Shown: positions 13,374 to 31,800 of the stretch, in pieces | How the letters are laid out: each line of letters opens with the position of its first letter | How positions within the stretch are numbered: position 1 is the stretch's first letter | Assembly (NCBI GenBank): GCA_002269645.1 | Contig: NIVC01003109.1 | Location: 54,943-118,942 of the forward strand | Direction of reading: 5' to 3' | DNA: 64,000 bases | Origin: Macrostomum lignano | Taxonomy: Eukaryota | Notes under the pieces: model-generated | Told to the model about the DNA's origin: nothing | Seen by the model: the letters and a program-made list of their open reading frames with translations, nothing else | Database searches by the model: none | Translations under genes and position numbers: made by a program

Positions 13374-13760
13374 TTAATTGTTGACGGCTACAGTGCAGTC
13401 CTTGAAAGTGAAATTTATCGACTGGGCTGGGTCCATATTATGAATGACATTCTCCAAACGCTTTCCATCCAAAATTGCACTCCATGTTTCGATTTGGACA
13501 TCCGAAGTTTTTTTATAGGATCGCGTGCGCAGATAAAATTCGATGTCCTGTTCTCTCCATGATGAGTTTTTCATCCACGTCTCAGCAGCTCCGCAGCTCT
13601 CACTTTTTTTGGACAGAGTACGGATCATGTAAAACTAGACCGTCACTTAGAATATCTTCCAAGTCCTGGTCGGTGATCCGATTTGAAAATCTTCCGCAAA
13701 AGTTCACTAATGGATTTATTAACACTCGGTCTTCCATGTTTTCCTAATTCTTAATGGAAA
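13374..13760 (-). pseudogene. Degenerate Crypton-type tyrosine recombinase (DUF3504-like) C-terminal fragment
   Basis: Across frameshifts the minus strand reads DVDEKLIMERTGHR and RSYKKTSDVQIETWSAILD, ending ...FTFKDCTVAVNN. This matches the Crypton/ZMYM-type box II (TGH...Y). Confidence 0.6.
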
Positions 13761-14280
13761 CTCAATCCTTTCTTTCTTTCTTTGCGCACGTTTTCTCATT
13801 TATATTACACCCTACACTTACCTCTACCATAGACATACGAGCGTATCTAGATACGAGTATATACATCCCGCGAAATTTAAGTAGTTTAAATACGTTACAG
13901 TCTATGGCTTTTTCAGTCAGTAGAATAAATTTGCTGCATGGTTGTACGAGCGTATTTTTATCATCACAACGCAAAAAAATTATGAGAGATATAGCTTAAG
14001 AGAGTTAAGGGGTGTATTTTTCTTAAACCCTTCGGGCCTCATGATATAAAACACCCTGCAACTCTATTCTATCTTCTACAGGATTCGGGATAATTATAAT
14101 GTTATATCCGGGAATGCGGTTTATTAAATCCCACAAATTAAAAATCTGTGGCAATAACCTTCTGAAAAGTGACTTTATAGTGGTTTAAGAACATATATTA
14201 AAGCATCTATGAAGGAAGCTCACACGGCACAAATCCATACAAGCCTCATCCACTCTTCCTCAATTCCTCGTGGAGTTTTT

Positions 14281-14410
14281 GGAGTTGTAGTTCAGTGGTT
14301 AGAGCGTCGAACTCACGACTGAAAAGCCAGGGGTTCGGTTCTCAAACCACTCGAAACAATTTGTGTCCTTGAGCAAGACACTCAACTCTGCATTGCTTCA
14401 ACCAATCCAA
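14281..14410 (+). mobile_element. tRNA-derived SINE with a CORE/Meta-like central domain
   Basis: A-box TAGTTCAGTGG and B-box-like GGTTCGGTTCT, followed by GTGTCCTTGAGCAAGACACT, which is shared with 21988 onward and 34375-34592. Confidence 0.75.
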
Positions 14411-15074
14411 TGCATTTAAATGCAGTTTTAATGCATTATAATATTTTTCACCCAGCCGTAAACTAGTTGACATAATTAGTAATTGACTTGTCTTCTTACT
14501 TTAACTGCGCCTTTTGTTAAAACGCAGAATTGTAGATTTGTCTGTCTGTGGGTGCGCTCGTAAATTTGAGTAAAAATTTTAGAAATTGCCAACTTTGCTG
14601 CTATACAAAAGCACATATCATGCAAAAGTGCAGTGGTTTCAATAATAAAAAATTGAAAAAAATTAACAATTCTGTTTTTCTCTAGCATTAATTGCTCGCG
14701 AATGTGATTAGTCCTGCCTAGCGTTCCACCGCTAGCTGTCGAAAATCTCGTAGTTTCCAAGTTTCCAACGACTGTGGTTATATGATCGATTATTTTGCAT
14801 CGCAATCAAGTTTCGTTATTAAATCACACAACTAATGTACAAACGTCACTTAAAAGCATATTTTAAGGTTAAGCTTAAAATACAATATTGTAAGAAAGTT
14901 CACGGATGACTTAAAATCAGACTGAGTTCGGCCCATCGGGAACTCGTGCTGCATATCAGCTTCAAGGCAGCAGTTGAAAATATGGAAATAAGTCAAATTG
15001 AAATTTCGACGAGTATATTTGTTTTTTTAAGCTAAATAATTTTTTATGCAGAAAAAAGTCATTTATCAAGCCGA

Positions 15075-20697
<5,623 letters not shown>

Positions 20698-21349
20698 TAC
20701 TGCGATTTTGAAGTTACTCTTTAAACCTTGGTTGAGCAACTATATATCTGTAAAGCTATGGCGCAGCACGTCTCAAATATTTGAACTACTTTAATCTTGC
20801 GGAATGACGGCAGATATGCAGTTGTCTATGTTAGAAATATATGCATCTTAGATGCACGAGTCTGGCACAAGCGCGCATTCAAGACGCATCAATCTGAATG
20901 CTGCAGCTTGAAGTTAGAATAATAAGACACAGGCGTACCCTGGTATTTAGCTCTCCCATCAGCTGCAGCCAGCGACAGACCATCAAAAGCGGCCTCAAAA
21001 CTTCCATAACATGTGGTTCTATTCTAAGCTACTGAACATTTTACCATTTTAAATCGAAATATTGAATCATTTTTAATCGCAACATTTTAACATTTTGAGT
21101 CTGAAAATTTTAACTGTAAAAAATAAATATTAGAGAAAATAAAGCTTCCTGACTTTGTGCCAGATGGTCGTAAAAACTGCCTGCGCGGTAAAGTCACTGT
21201 GGTTTTGTGCCCTTAGTGCCTGTGCGCGCTTATTTCCACACTTACCAAAAAATACACACTTATGTCACGCGCGATTATTTAGCCCACCCCTTAATCACTC
21301 AGGACTCAGTCTCGCAATTCATGGGTGAAAAAGTATGAGGCTCGTTCGA

Positions 21350-21795
21350 AAGCATTGTACATACACATTAGGTACTTCCAGCACCTAAAAATCATAAAAA
21401 ATGCGTTGCACAGCTCTAATCTTTGGTTTTATGTATCTATTTTATCATTTATGCTACGCATATTTGTTACAATTAAGTCAGCTAAGAATGATATAATAGA
21501 CTCATAAAACCAAAAAGCCGAGCTGTGCCATTTTACTGGATTTTAGGCACAAGAAACGTGCGAATGTATGTAGAATAAAAAATTAGCATAGAATTCTAAT
21601 TTTCTGGAGGAAAAGCTGTATGAATATCGATAAAGCAATAAGAAAGGCACAACATATCAAAAGGTGAACACTGGATCTGCCTCTTGTCAAAAGCCATAGC
21701 AACTTTTGTGCTGAAAAAATGAAATCTTTCTGTCTCCGTAGTGTATTTTTTCGGAAAAACCTGCCTTCAAAAAATTTTCTAAGAAACGAGGTTTC
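21350..21795 (+). mobile_element. Partial, diverged copy of the long-TIR element at 33154-34213
   Basis: Colinear similarity to 33380-33554 plus 33963-34205 (gcacctaaaaatcataaaaa ... ttttaggcaca ... ccttcaaaa), without the LINE insertion. Confidence 0.7.
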
Positions 21796-21984
21796 CCATC
21801 CTTCTACTTGAGTTGTTCTTGATATACCTACACTCAAACACAATTGAAATTATTTTGATTATTGTAATTATACTTATAACCGGACGCAATAACAAAATAT
21901 TTTGGCTAATATTCCACAGTTTCAATATTGTTAATTTTAATTTTAATGTTAGTTTCAATTTGTCATCCAAAGTAAAACATACAG

Positions 21985-22150
21985 TTCGTGTCCTTGAGCA
22001 AGACACTTAACTCTGCATTGCTTCAGTTCACCCAGGTGTAAAATGGATGCCAGCATTAGCTGGGCAATTGAGAGTGTGGCGACCCCCCCCCCTTCCAATC
22101 CTCGGACTGAACAGCCGTACGCAGCTTCAGCTGTGCACAGAAATTGACTA
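21985..22150 (+). mobile_element. 5'-truncated copy of the tRNA-derived SINE
   Basis: GTGTCCTTGAGCAAGACACTTAACTCTGCATTGCTTCAGTTCACCCAGGTGTAAAATGG, followed by a 3' region shared with 34375-34480. Confidence 0.75.
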
Positions 22151-22837
22151 TTTATACTCTTCAAATTGTCTGCTTTCTTCAATTGTGCCTTTTTTAGAAT
22201 GCAGCATTGTACTTTTGTCTCTGTTGAGTAAATATGAGTACAATTTTTACAAATTTTTTCACTAAGCACTACCTCCTGTCATTTTGACTTGCTACGGTAC
22301 TGCCCAGTGGCATAAGTACAAATTGTATACATGTAAATGCATCTATGATTTTTTGTCTTGACATAAAAATATTTATCAGAAAATGATGGCTATAGCTACT
22401 AGTGTCATACGTGCGCAAATTTGACGCAATTTCAATTATTTCATTGATGGCTGAGCTAAGTGAAGCAAAACAACACTAGTGAACTTAATTGCAAAAAAAT
22501 CGCTTTTTACCATCGTACTACTCAACGGATAGTAGTTTTGCTGAATATAGTTGAGCGAACTATATAGTGCATTACCAGCCCTGTCTGTCCGCCTAATCAG
22601 CCTCCCTCCCTAGTCCTGCTTAGAGCTGTACTTTTTTCGTTTAAGTTTTGATCAAGCAACCCCAAGTAACCAATCAGGCAACAAAACATTTATATCCTTG
22701 AAGTGTTGTATGATTGTATTTTTTTAAACAAAAGGAGCATTATCCCGGTTAAAAACTGTTTGCAAAATCAGATGAAATAGCCACTATTTCGAAAAAAATA
22801 GTTTTTTTCAAGATCGACGCCTTCGTGATGCCAGAAT

Positions 22838-25800
22838 TCAGAGTCGGAATGCTCCTGGGAAGAGCGATAGGGCCATCAAGCCAGCGTGAAGCAGCAAACC
22901 AATCCAAGTCAAGCTGGTTGGCAAGATTAAACCGGCGCCTTTTTTCGGCAGGCAGTTGACAGAACCGTCTGGAAAACTGGTCTCTGCAGGTCGAGGGGCC
23001 AATCGGTAGGGATGCATTGTCAGTGCTTTCGATGTCAGTGCTTTTTCAATTGGTTCCAATGGTTCAATTGGTTCCATGGTTCAATTGGTTCCATGGTTCA
23101 ATTGGTTCCACGGTTCAATTGGTTCCATGGTTCAATTGGTTCCACGGTTCAATTGGTTCCATGGTTCAATTGGTTCCACGGTTCAATTGGTTCCATGGTT
23201 CAATTGGTTCCATGGTTCAATTGGTTCCACGGTTCAATTGGTTCCACAGTTCAATTGGTTCCATGATTCAATTGGTTCCATGGTTCAATTGGTTCCATGG
23301 TTCAATTGGTTCCATGGTTCAATTGGTTCCATGGTTCAATTGGTTCAATGGTTCAATTGGTTCCATGGTTCAATTGGTTCCATGGTTCAATTGGTTCCAT
23401 GGTTCAATTGTTTCCATGGTTCAATTGGTTCCATGGTTCAATTGGTTCCATGGTTCAATTAGTTCCACGGTTCAATTGGTTCCACAGTTCAATTGGTTCC
23501 ATGATTCAATTGGTTCCATGGTTCAATTGGTTCCATGGTTCAATTGGTTCCATGGTTCAATTGGTTCAATGGTTCAATTGGTTCCATGGTTCAATTGGTT
23601 CAATGGTTCAATTGGTTCCATGGTTCAATTGGTTCCATGGTTCAATTGGTTCCATGGTTCAATTGGTTCAATGGTTCAATTGGTTCCATGGTTCAATTGG
23701 TTCCATGGTTCAATTGGTTCAATTGTTCAATTGCTTCAATTGTTCAATTGGTTCCATGGTTCAATTGGTTCCATGGTTCAATTGGTTCAATGGTTCAATT
23801 GGTTCCATGGTTCAATTGGTTCCATGGTTCAATTGGTTCCATGGTTCAATTGGTTCCATGGTTCAGTTGGTTCCATGGTTCAATTGGTTCAATGGTTCAA
23901 TTGGTTCCATGGTTCAATTGGTTCCATGGTTCAATTGGTTCCATGGTTCAATTGGTTCCATGGTTCAATTGGTTCCATGGTTCAATTGGTTCAATGGTTC
24001 AATTGGTTCCATGGTTCAATTGGTTCCATGGTTCAATTGGTTCAATGGTTCAATTGGTTCCATGGTTCAATTGGTTCCATGGTTCAATTGGTTCCATGGT
24101 TCAATTGGTTCCATGGTTCAATTGGTTCCATGGTTCAATTGGTTCAATGGTTCAATTGGTTCCATGGTTCAGTTGGTTCCATGGTTCAATTGGTTCCATA
24201 TTTTAATTGGTTCCATCCCATGGTTCAATTGGTTCCATATTTTAATTGGTTCCATCCCATGGTTCAATTGGTTCCATATTTTAATTGGTTCCATCCCATG
24301 GTTCAATTTGTTCCATATTTTAATTGGTTCCATCCCATGGTTCAATTGGTTCCATATTTTAATTGGTTCCATCCCATGGTTCAATTGGTTCCATATTTTA
24401 ATTGGTTCCATCCCATGGTTCAATTAGTTCCATATTTTAATTGGTTCCATCCCATGGTTCAATTGGTTCCATCCCATGGTTCAATTGGTTCCATATTTTA
24501 ATTGGTTCCATCCCATGGTTCAATTGGTTCCATGTTTTAATTGGTTCCATCCCATGGTTCAATTGGTTCCATGTTTTAATTGGTTCCATCCCATGGTTCA
24601 ATTGGTTCCATGTTTTAATTGGTTCCATCCCATGGTTCAATTGGTTCCATATTTTAATTGGTTCCATCCCATGGTTCAATTGGTTCCATCTCATGGTTCA
24701 ATTGGTTCCATATTTTAATTGGTTCCATCCCATGGTTCAATTAGTTCCATGTTTTAATTGGTTCCATCCCATGGTTCAATTGGTTCCATGTTTTAATTGG
24801 TTCCATCCCATGGTTCAATTGGTTCCATGGTTCAATTGGTTCCATATTTTAATTGGTTCCATCCCATGGTTCAATTAGTTCCATGGTTCAATTGGTTCCA
24901 TCCCATGGTTCAATTGGTTCCATGTTTTAATTGGTTCCATCCCATGGTTCAATTGGTTCCATGTTTTAATTGGTTCCATCCCATGGTTCAATTAGTTCCA
25001 TGTTTTAATTGGTTCCATCCCATGGTTCAATTGGTTCCATGTTTTAATTGGTTCCATCCCATGGTTCAATTGGTTCCATATTTTAATTGGTTCCATGGTT
25101 CAATTGGTTCCATGGTTCAATTGGTTCCATGGTTCAATTGGTTCCATGGTTCAATTGGTTCCATATTTTAATTGGTTCCATCCCATGGTTCAATTGGTTC
25201 CATATTTTAATTGGTTCCATCCCATGGTTCAATTAGTTCCATGTTTTAATTGGTTCCATCCCATGGTTCAATTGGTTCCATGTTTTAATTGGTTCCATCC
25301 CATGGTTCAATTGGTTCCATATTTTAATTGGTTCCATGGTTCAATTGGTTCCATGGTTCAATTGGTTCCATGGTTCAATTGGTTCCATATTTTAATTGGT
25401 TCCATGGTTCAATTGGTTCCATGGTTCAATTGGTTCCATGGTTCAATTGGTTCCATGGTTCAATTGGTTCCATGGTTCAATTGGTTCCACGGTTCAATTG
25501 GTTCCATGGTTCAATTGGTTCCATGGTTCAATTGGTTCCACGGTTCAATTGGTTCCATGGTTCAATTGGTTCCATGGTTCAATTGGTTCCACGGTTCAAT
25601 TGGTTCCATGGTTCAATTGGTTCAATGGTTCAATTGGTTCCATGGTTCAATTGGTTCCATGGTTCAATTGCTTCAATTGTTCAATTGGTTCCATGGTTCA
25701 ATTGGTTCCATGGTTCAATTGGTTCAATGGTTCAATTGGTTCCATGGTTCAATTGGTTCCATGGTTCAATTGGTTCCACGGTTCAATTGGTTCAATGGTT

Positions 25801-28800
25801 CAATTGGTTCCATGGTTCAATTGGTTCAATGGTTCAATTGGTTCCATGGTTCAATTGTTTCCATGGTTCAATTGGTTCAATGGTTCAATTGGTTCCATGG
25901 TTCAATTGGTTCCACGGTTCAATTGGTTCCACAGTTCAATTGGTTCCATGATTCAATTGGTTCCATGGTTCAATTGGTCCATGGTTCAATTGGTTCCATG
26001 GTTCAATTGGTTCAATGGTTCAATTGGTTCCATGGTTCAATTGGTTCAATGGTTCAATTGGTTCCATGGTTCAATTGGTTCCATGGTTCAATTGGTTCCA
26101 TGGTTCAATTGGTTCAATGGTTCAATTGGTTCCATGGTTCAATTGGTTCAATGGTTCAATTGGTTCAATTGTTCAATTGCTTCAATTGTTCAATTGGTTC
26201 CATGGTTCAATTGGTTCCATGGTTCAATTGGTTCAATGGTTCAATTGGTTCCATGTTTTAATTGGTTCCATCCCATGGTTCAATTGGTTCCATATTTTAA
26301 TTGGTTCCATGGTTCAATTGGTTCCATGGTTCAATTGGTTCAATGGTTCAATTGGTTCCATGGTTCAGTTGGTTCCATGGTTCAATTGGTTCCATATTTT
26401 AATTGGTTCCATCCCATGGTTCAATTGGTTCCATATTTTAATTGGTTCCATCCCATGGTTCAATTGGTTCCATGGTTCAATTGGTTCCATGGTTCAATTG
26501 GTTCAATTGTTCAATTGCTTCAATTGTTCAATTGGTTCCATGGTTCAATTGGTTCCATGGTTCAATTGGTTCAATGGTTCAATTGGTTCCATGGTTCAAT
26601 TGGTTCCATGGTTCAATTGGTTCCATGGTTCAATTGGTTCCATGGTTCAATTGGTTCCATCGTTCAATTGGTTCAATGGTTCAATTGGTTCCATGGTTCA
26701 GTTGGTTCCATGGTTCAATTGGTTCCATATTTTAATTGGTTCCATCCCATGGTTCAATTGGTTCCATATTTTAATTGGTTCCATCCCATGGTTCAATTGG
26801 TTCCATATTTTAATTGGTTCCATCCCATGGTTCAATTTGTTCCATATTTTAATTGGTTCCATCCCATGGTTCAATTGGTTCCATATTTTAATTGGTTCCA
26901 TCCCATGGTTCAATTGGTTCCATATTTTAATTGGTTCCATCCCATGGTTCAATTGGTTCAATTTTGTTTCAAGGTTGCATGGTTTCGAAGCAAAAATTTA
27001 ACAAAATTACGAGTAACCACAACTATTGCAATAGAATCGCCTCCCACCCCCCAAATCTGCTAATTTTTGTACGAAAAACCTGGATGACAGTACAGCAATA
27101 AAAGCACATGCCACACCCCGTTAAATGACTCACGGGCCTTCCCGGTGCAAAGTCCTGTTTTTGTGTCGCAGGGCCGTTCGGCAGGACACTTGGAGCATTT
27201 CGGGCCCTGTTTGTATATTCCGTTTCTGTGGATGAGCAATATTAGTGACATAGAACTACACGTTATTACCTGATGTAGGCCCATTTGAATAGTTTATTAT
27301 GTCAGATTGCAGATTTAGCTAATTGCTAAAGTTTAGTCTGGAAACCATGCACGAGGCCTCGTGTGAAATTCCCGAGCGAGTAGCGTTTCAATCCCCATTA
27401 GAGAGATAGGGAAGCGACAAAAATGTTGTTTTTTTATCAAAATGCAAACCAACAATTGACAAGCACTCCGATCCTTATTCTTTATCCACATCATAACACT
27501 ATCACTTCACGTTGCAAATAAAAAACCGAAGGTAAAGGGTTTTAGTGATCGATTTCACAGTTTTCAAAAATCCAAAAAGCAAATCCATGAAGACGATCCG
27601 ATATCCAATTCGGTTTACAAAGCGAAGCGAAGCTATCGCGTTTGTAACGGTGTTTTGGTGTTCTACAAGCATTACCTGAAATCGATCATTATCTCGATAC
27701 ATGCTAGCTTCGGTTCACGATCCTTTACATATATTGCTTGCATTTAAATGATCGTAAACCAAAGTGGATATATAGGACACGAGACACTAGGTTTTCCATA
27801 TCGTTCAGTTTCTCTAGTGAACCAAATCTGCCCGGTTTTTCAATTTTCGATCGGGCCATTATCGCTGAAATGGAAATTTACGTGATCGTAAACCGAAGGA
27901 ATGCTAAGCTACACAAAAAAACAAAAATAAAGCAACAAGCTTTTAACAGCATTGACAATAAGCTGTAGAACCTCACAGACAACTGACAACTGAAGTGCTT
28001 ATGGTTGTCTCGGGGTGGCCTGGTAGGTCTTTGAATCCCACCGCTGCCACCAGTGAAGTACAAGCTATTTGCTTCCCGGATTAGGCCCTTGCGGATTACC
28101 TTAAACCTCGGCCTCTTCTTCTTGGGAAGTTCTCTCAACTCTCAGTAGCGTAGGTAGTGCTGTCACCAGTTCCTTCAGGTCTCGGCCCTCGATGAGGTGA
28201 GCTTCCCGTCGGAACGAAATAAACAAGTCAACGAACTCAGCACAGCGTGCAGATTTGCAGATTAATGAACAAGGCGTCCTGATCAGCAGATCCCCGCCGG
28301 GCTCAGGGGTGGCTGGGAAGGCAGTGTTAGCCTCCCTTAGGCTTGGGCTTTAGTGGGGTCTCAGTCAGACCAGTACAAACGGATTCAGTACGCAAAGGGC
28401 ACTTAGTTAGACACTGACGCACACGGGATCTTAGTGAATTCTCCGCAGATAAGAAGCCTCCTTGACGGAAACAAGGGGAGAGGGGTCCTATTTATAACCG
28501 GGAAACACCCACGCACAAGACCTCGTGACTTGTTCTATTTTTAGAACTGACGTCACTTGAGATCTCGAGGCAGGGTCTCAGTGCGCGCAAGACCTCGTGA
28601 CTCGTTCTATTTTTAGAACTGACGTCACTTGAGGTCTCCGGCCAGAGTACACGCGGCTGTGACTCAGTTGCTATTTTTAGCAACATGAGTCACTCCTCTC
28701 CTTAGAGAAGGGAGGGGTCCGAAAGCACGTGATTCTCCCGGTAAATAGGGCCAACGAGTGCAGCAAACATGTTTACTGCACTTTAGGACTCGAAGAACGC

Positions 28801-31800
28801 AGAGGAAAACGGGACGGGAACGAAACAGAGACAGCCCACAGCAGAGAAGCTGAGGGCTGAGAACAGAGACGCAGAAGGGCAGAACAGGCCAAGGGCAGCA
28901 ACAGACGGGCCAAGGGGGGCGGGAAGCTGACCAGCGGCAGACAGCAACCCAGGGCGAGGGCGAGGGCAAGGGCGACTGCTGACAAAGTGCGACGCCTAAC
29001 ACCAACTAGCGGATCACTACACAACTAATCGAACCAACACAGTTAAAGATATCAATTAGAAAATCGAGCCAAACAGAAGAAAGATGCATTTAAGAGGCCG
29101 TCTTACCCGTGACTGTATACGCAGAACACCAAGTCGCTACCGCCACAGCCGCGTTTAATACCGCATCCAATTTCCAGCACGGCGGCAGTCATCACTTGAG
29201 TATAGTGGCCGCATCCCTTACCAGGTTTGCATTTTCCCGTGTTGTGGTCATAGTGATGCGTCTCATTGTGCCACTTTGTCACTACGTATTTTGGAGAACT
29301 GTTAGATCCTTCATAGATATTTTCTCCTTTGTTTTGGTACTCGCTGCCAGCGCTGTGCTCAAAGACACATGTGTAAGCAGCCTTGATTGCCAGGCACTCC
29401 AACTCGGCGCTCCACTTCTGCAGGAAAAATTATGAAAATTATCGAAGTGGTCTAGTCTCGACCCTCGAGTTTTTATCTAGTTCTGAATGTACTGTAGAGA
29501 TCCCCAAACTTAGCCAGACTACTAAAAGTAGTCATTAAGATAAAAATATATGAAAGCAAAAATAAAAATAGTATGCGTCATATTCTATCTATTCTTTATA
29601 AATACTATTATTGAATAATATCACGAAAACAGCGAGTGCTCATTCAAATGCGTCCCAAGTCTCACCCTTTTCTATTAGGAAACCACACCGGTCAAAGGAC
29701 AAAATTCATTTCTTGACCTCATCAATAAAACCGTTTTGGGGCTCGAGGTCGACTTGAATTGTGTATAAATACAAGCGAAAAATCCGAGCTGAAACCTCAG
29801 ACTCGGAGCAGCTTCAAGAGATCTTGAGCTTTGCTAGAGTAGCCAAACGAGGCTATGTCTCTGAGGTAGACAAAAACCAATTAGTAATCCTTTTGTCAGA
29901 GTCTTCATTTGATTATTGAAAGCTGTGTTATTGCCGGCCGTTACTGATCAAATGTTTTTTATTGTGTTTTTTATTTTAGGCCTCCCTATTCCTAAGAGAT
30001 TGGATAGGATCTACGGGCCGATTCTGATACTCTTTGACGATTATTGATTGATTGATTTTGGTACCCTAGAGGAACAGATAAGGACACACGATTCTGATTC
30101 TGTTATTTATAGAAGAAGACGCCCTTCTTCCTGGAGGACCTCGCCATTGTTTATAGTGTTGACTTTGCTATTAGGACGCATCTTTGATTTTGAATTCGAG
30201 AAATAAATTGCACTACTGAACTCGAGGAATACATTGGATTACTGAATTCGAGGAATAAATTGCATTACTGAACTCGAGGAATACATTGGATTACTGAATT
30301 CGAGGAATACATTGGATTACTGAACTCGAGGAATACATTGGATTACTGAACTCGAGGAATACATTGGATTACTGAACTCGAGGAATACATTGGATTACTG
30401 AACTCGAGGAATATATTGGATTACTAAACTCGAGGAATACATTGGATTACTGAACTCGAGGAATACATTGGATTACTGAACTCGAGGAATATATTGGATT
30501 ACTAAACTCGAGGAATACATTGGATTACTGAACTCGAGGAATATATTGGATTACTAAACTCGAGGAATACATTGGATTACTGAACTCGAGGAATACATTG
30601 GATTACTGAATTCGAGGAATACATTGGATTACTGAACTCGAGGAATACACTGACGTCGACGAAATAAATTTTTACGCTCTTATATTCGGCCGACTTTAGA
30701 ATTCAAGAAGACTACTCCGGAGGAAGAATGAATTGAGGAGACGAGCTCTATGGACCTGCTCGACAAAGAAGAGGAGCCCATACCAGTAAGTGATCACTTA
30801 ATTCTGTTCCCAGGCTTGAGGTCGGGGAAGTGGGAGTTTGTGCGTGTAGACACTAGACACTTTAGCCACTTTTGAGAGTGCAGGTAAAGTCTCTCAATAT
30901 TTGCGATTGACGCAACTTAGCTACGCAGTGCGGCAGACTTGAGTTGAGGAATGAAGTGGGGGAGCGGAGTGCGAGGATTGGACGGATTAAAGCTACCCCG
31001 ATCAGTTTTCTCGTATCTTTTATTTTTCAGAAATACTCGTAGTCCAAGAGAAATTTCTCACTGGCGCATAGAGTGGCGACTTTTCAACGTTGCTGAATAT
31101 ATTTTATCAAGATGAAGAAGTCATTCCTAAGTTTAAAGAAGTCCCTAACTAATCCTAACAAAGGACGACCCTCCTCCTCTAGATACCAGATTCGCCCAAA
31201 CAACAGAACCTTATCGTTGCGTAACTAAAATTAATTGGAATTTATTTCTTTGTTGCCTCCCCCAACAAAGTGCGTGGTTACATGCTAGCGGCCCAGGCTC
31301 GATTCCATTCACATTAATCATGTCAAACAAAACGTCCTGTAAAACATAAACGAAACATCATACAACCAAAACAAAAAAGAATTTTCATGTCAAACATAAG
31401 CGAGACACCATCTAATTTAAAAGATGCACAATGAAAAACACAAACATTTAAAACAAAAATGCATATCATATAAAACATTTTGGGCCCAATTTGGAACTCA
31501 GCTTGGCTCTGCTCGTGCAATTAACGCCCTTGCCTTTGAGTGCCAACCCCCAGGGCACAGTTATGCCTAACTGATAAATAAAGCTACGAATAGGGCCGCT
31601 GTACACTCCTGTGTGAGCGTGTGTCTGTGCGTATGACTGCGTACGTATCCGCGCGCTTGTGTGCCTGCTGTGCCTCCCTCGAGGTGAATCCGCGGAATCG
31701 GCATTAATGCCTCTCGCCGGTTGTGTCGTAATCTTTATTGCTATTAACTGCATGCTGCTTGAATTCACATTCACATTCATATTCACATTCACATTCATAT

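Noticed and set aside
14281-14355. tRNA gene
   Set aside because: The B-box is degenerate, no acceptor stem closes, and it continues into a SINE body shared with other copies.
23012-27063. Many long plus-strand ORFs (up to 555 aa)
   Set aside because: Stop-free frames of the satellite inside a CAP gene intron.
30190-30650. CRISPR-like array (also considered for the arrays at 40365, 47605 and 48410)
   Set aside because: Units are contiguous with no unique spacers, the context is eukaryotic, and there are no cas genes.
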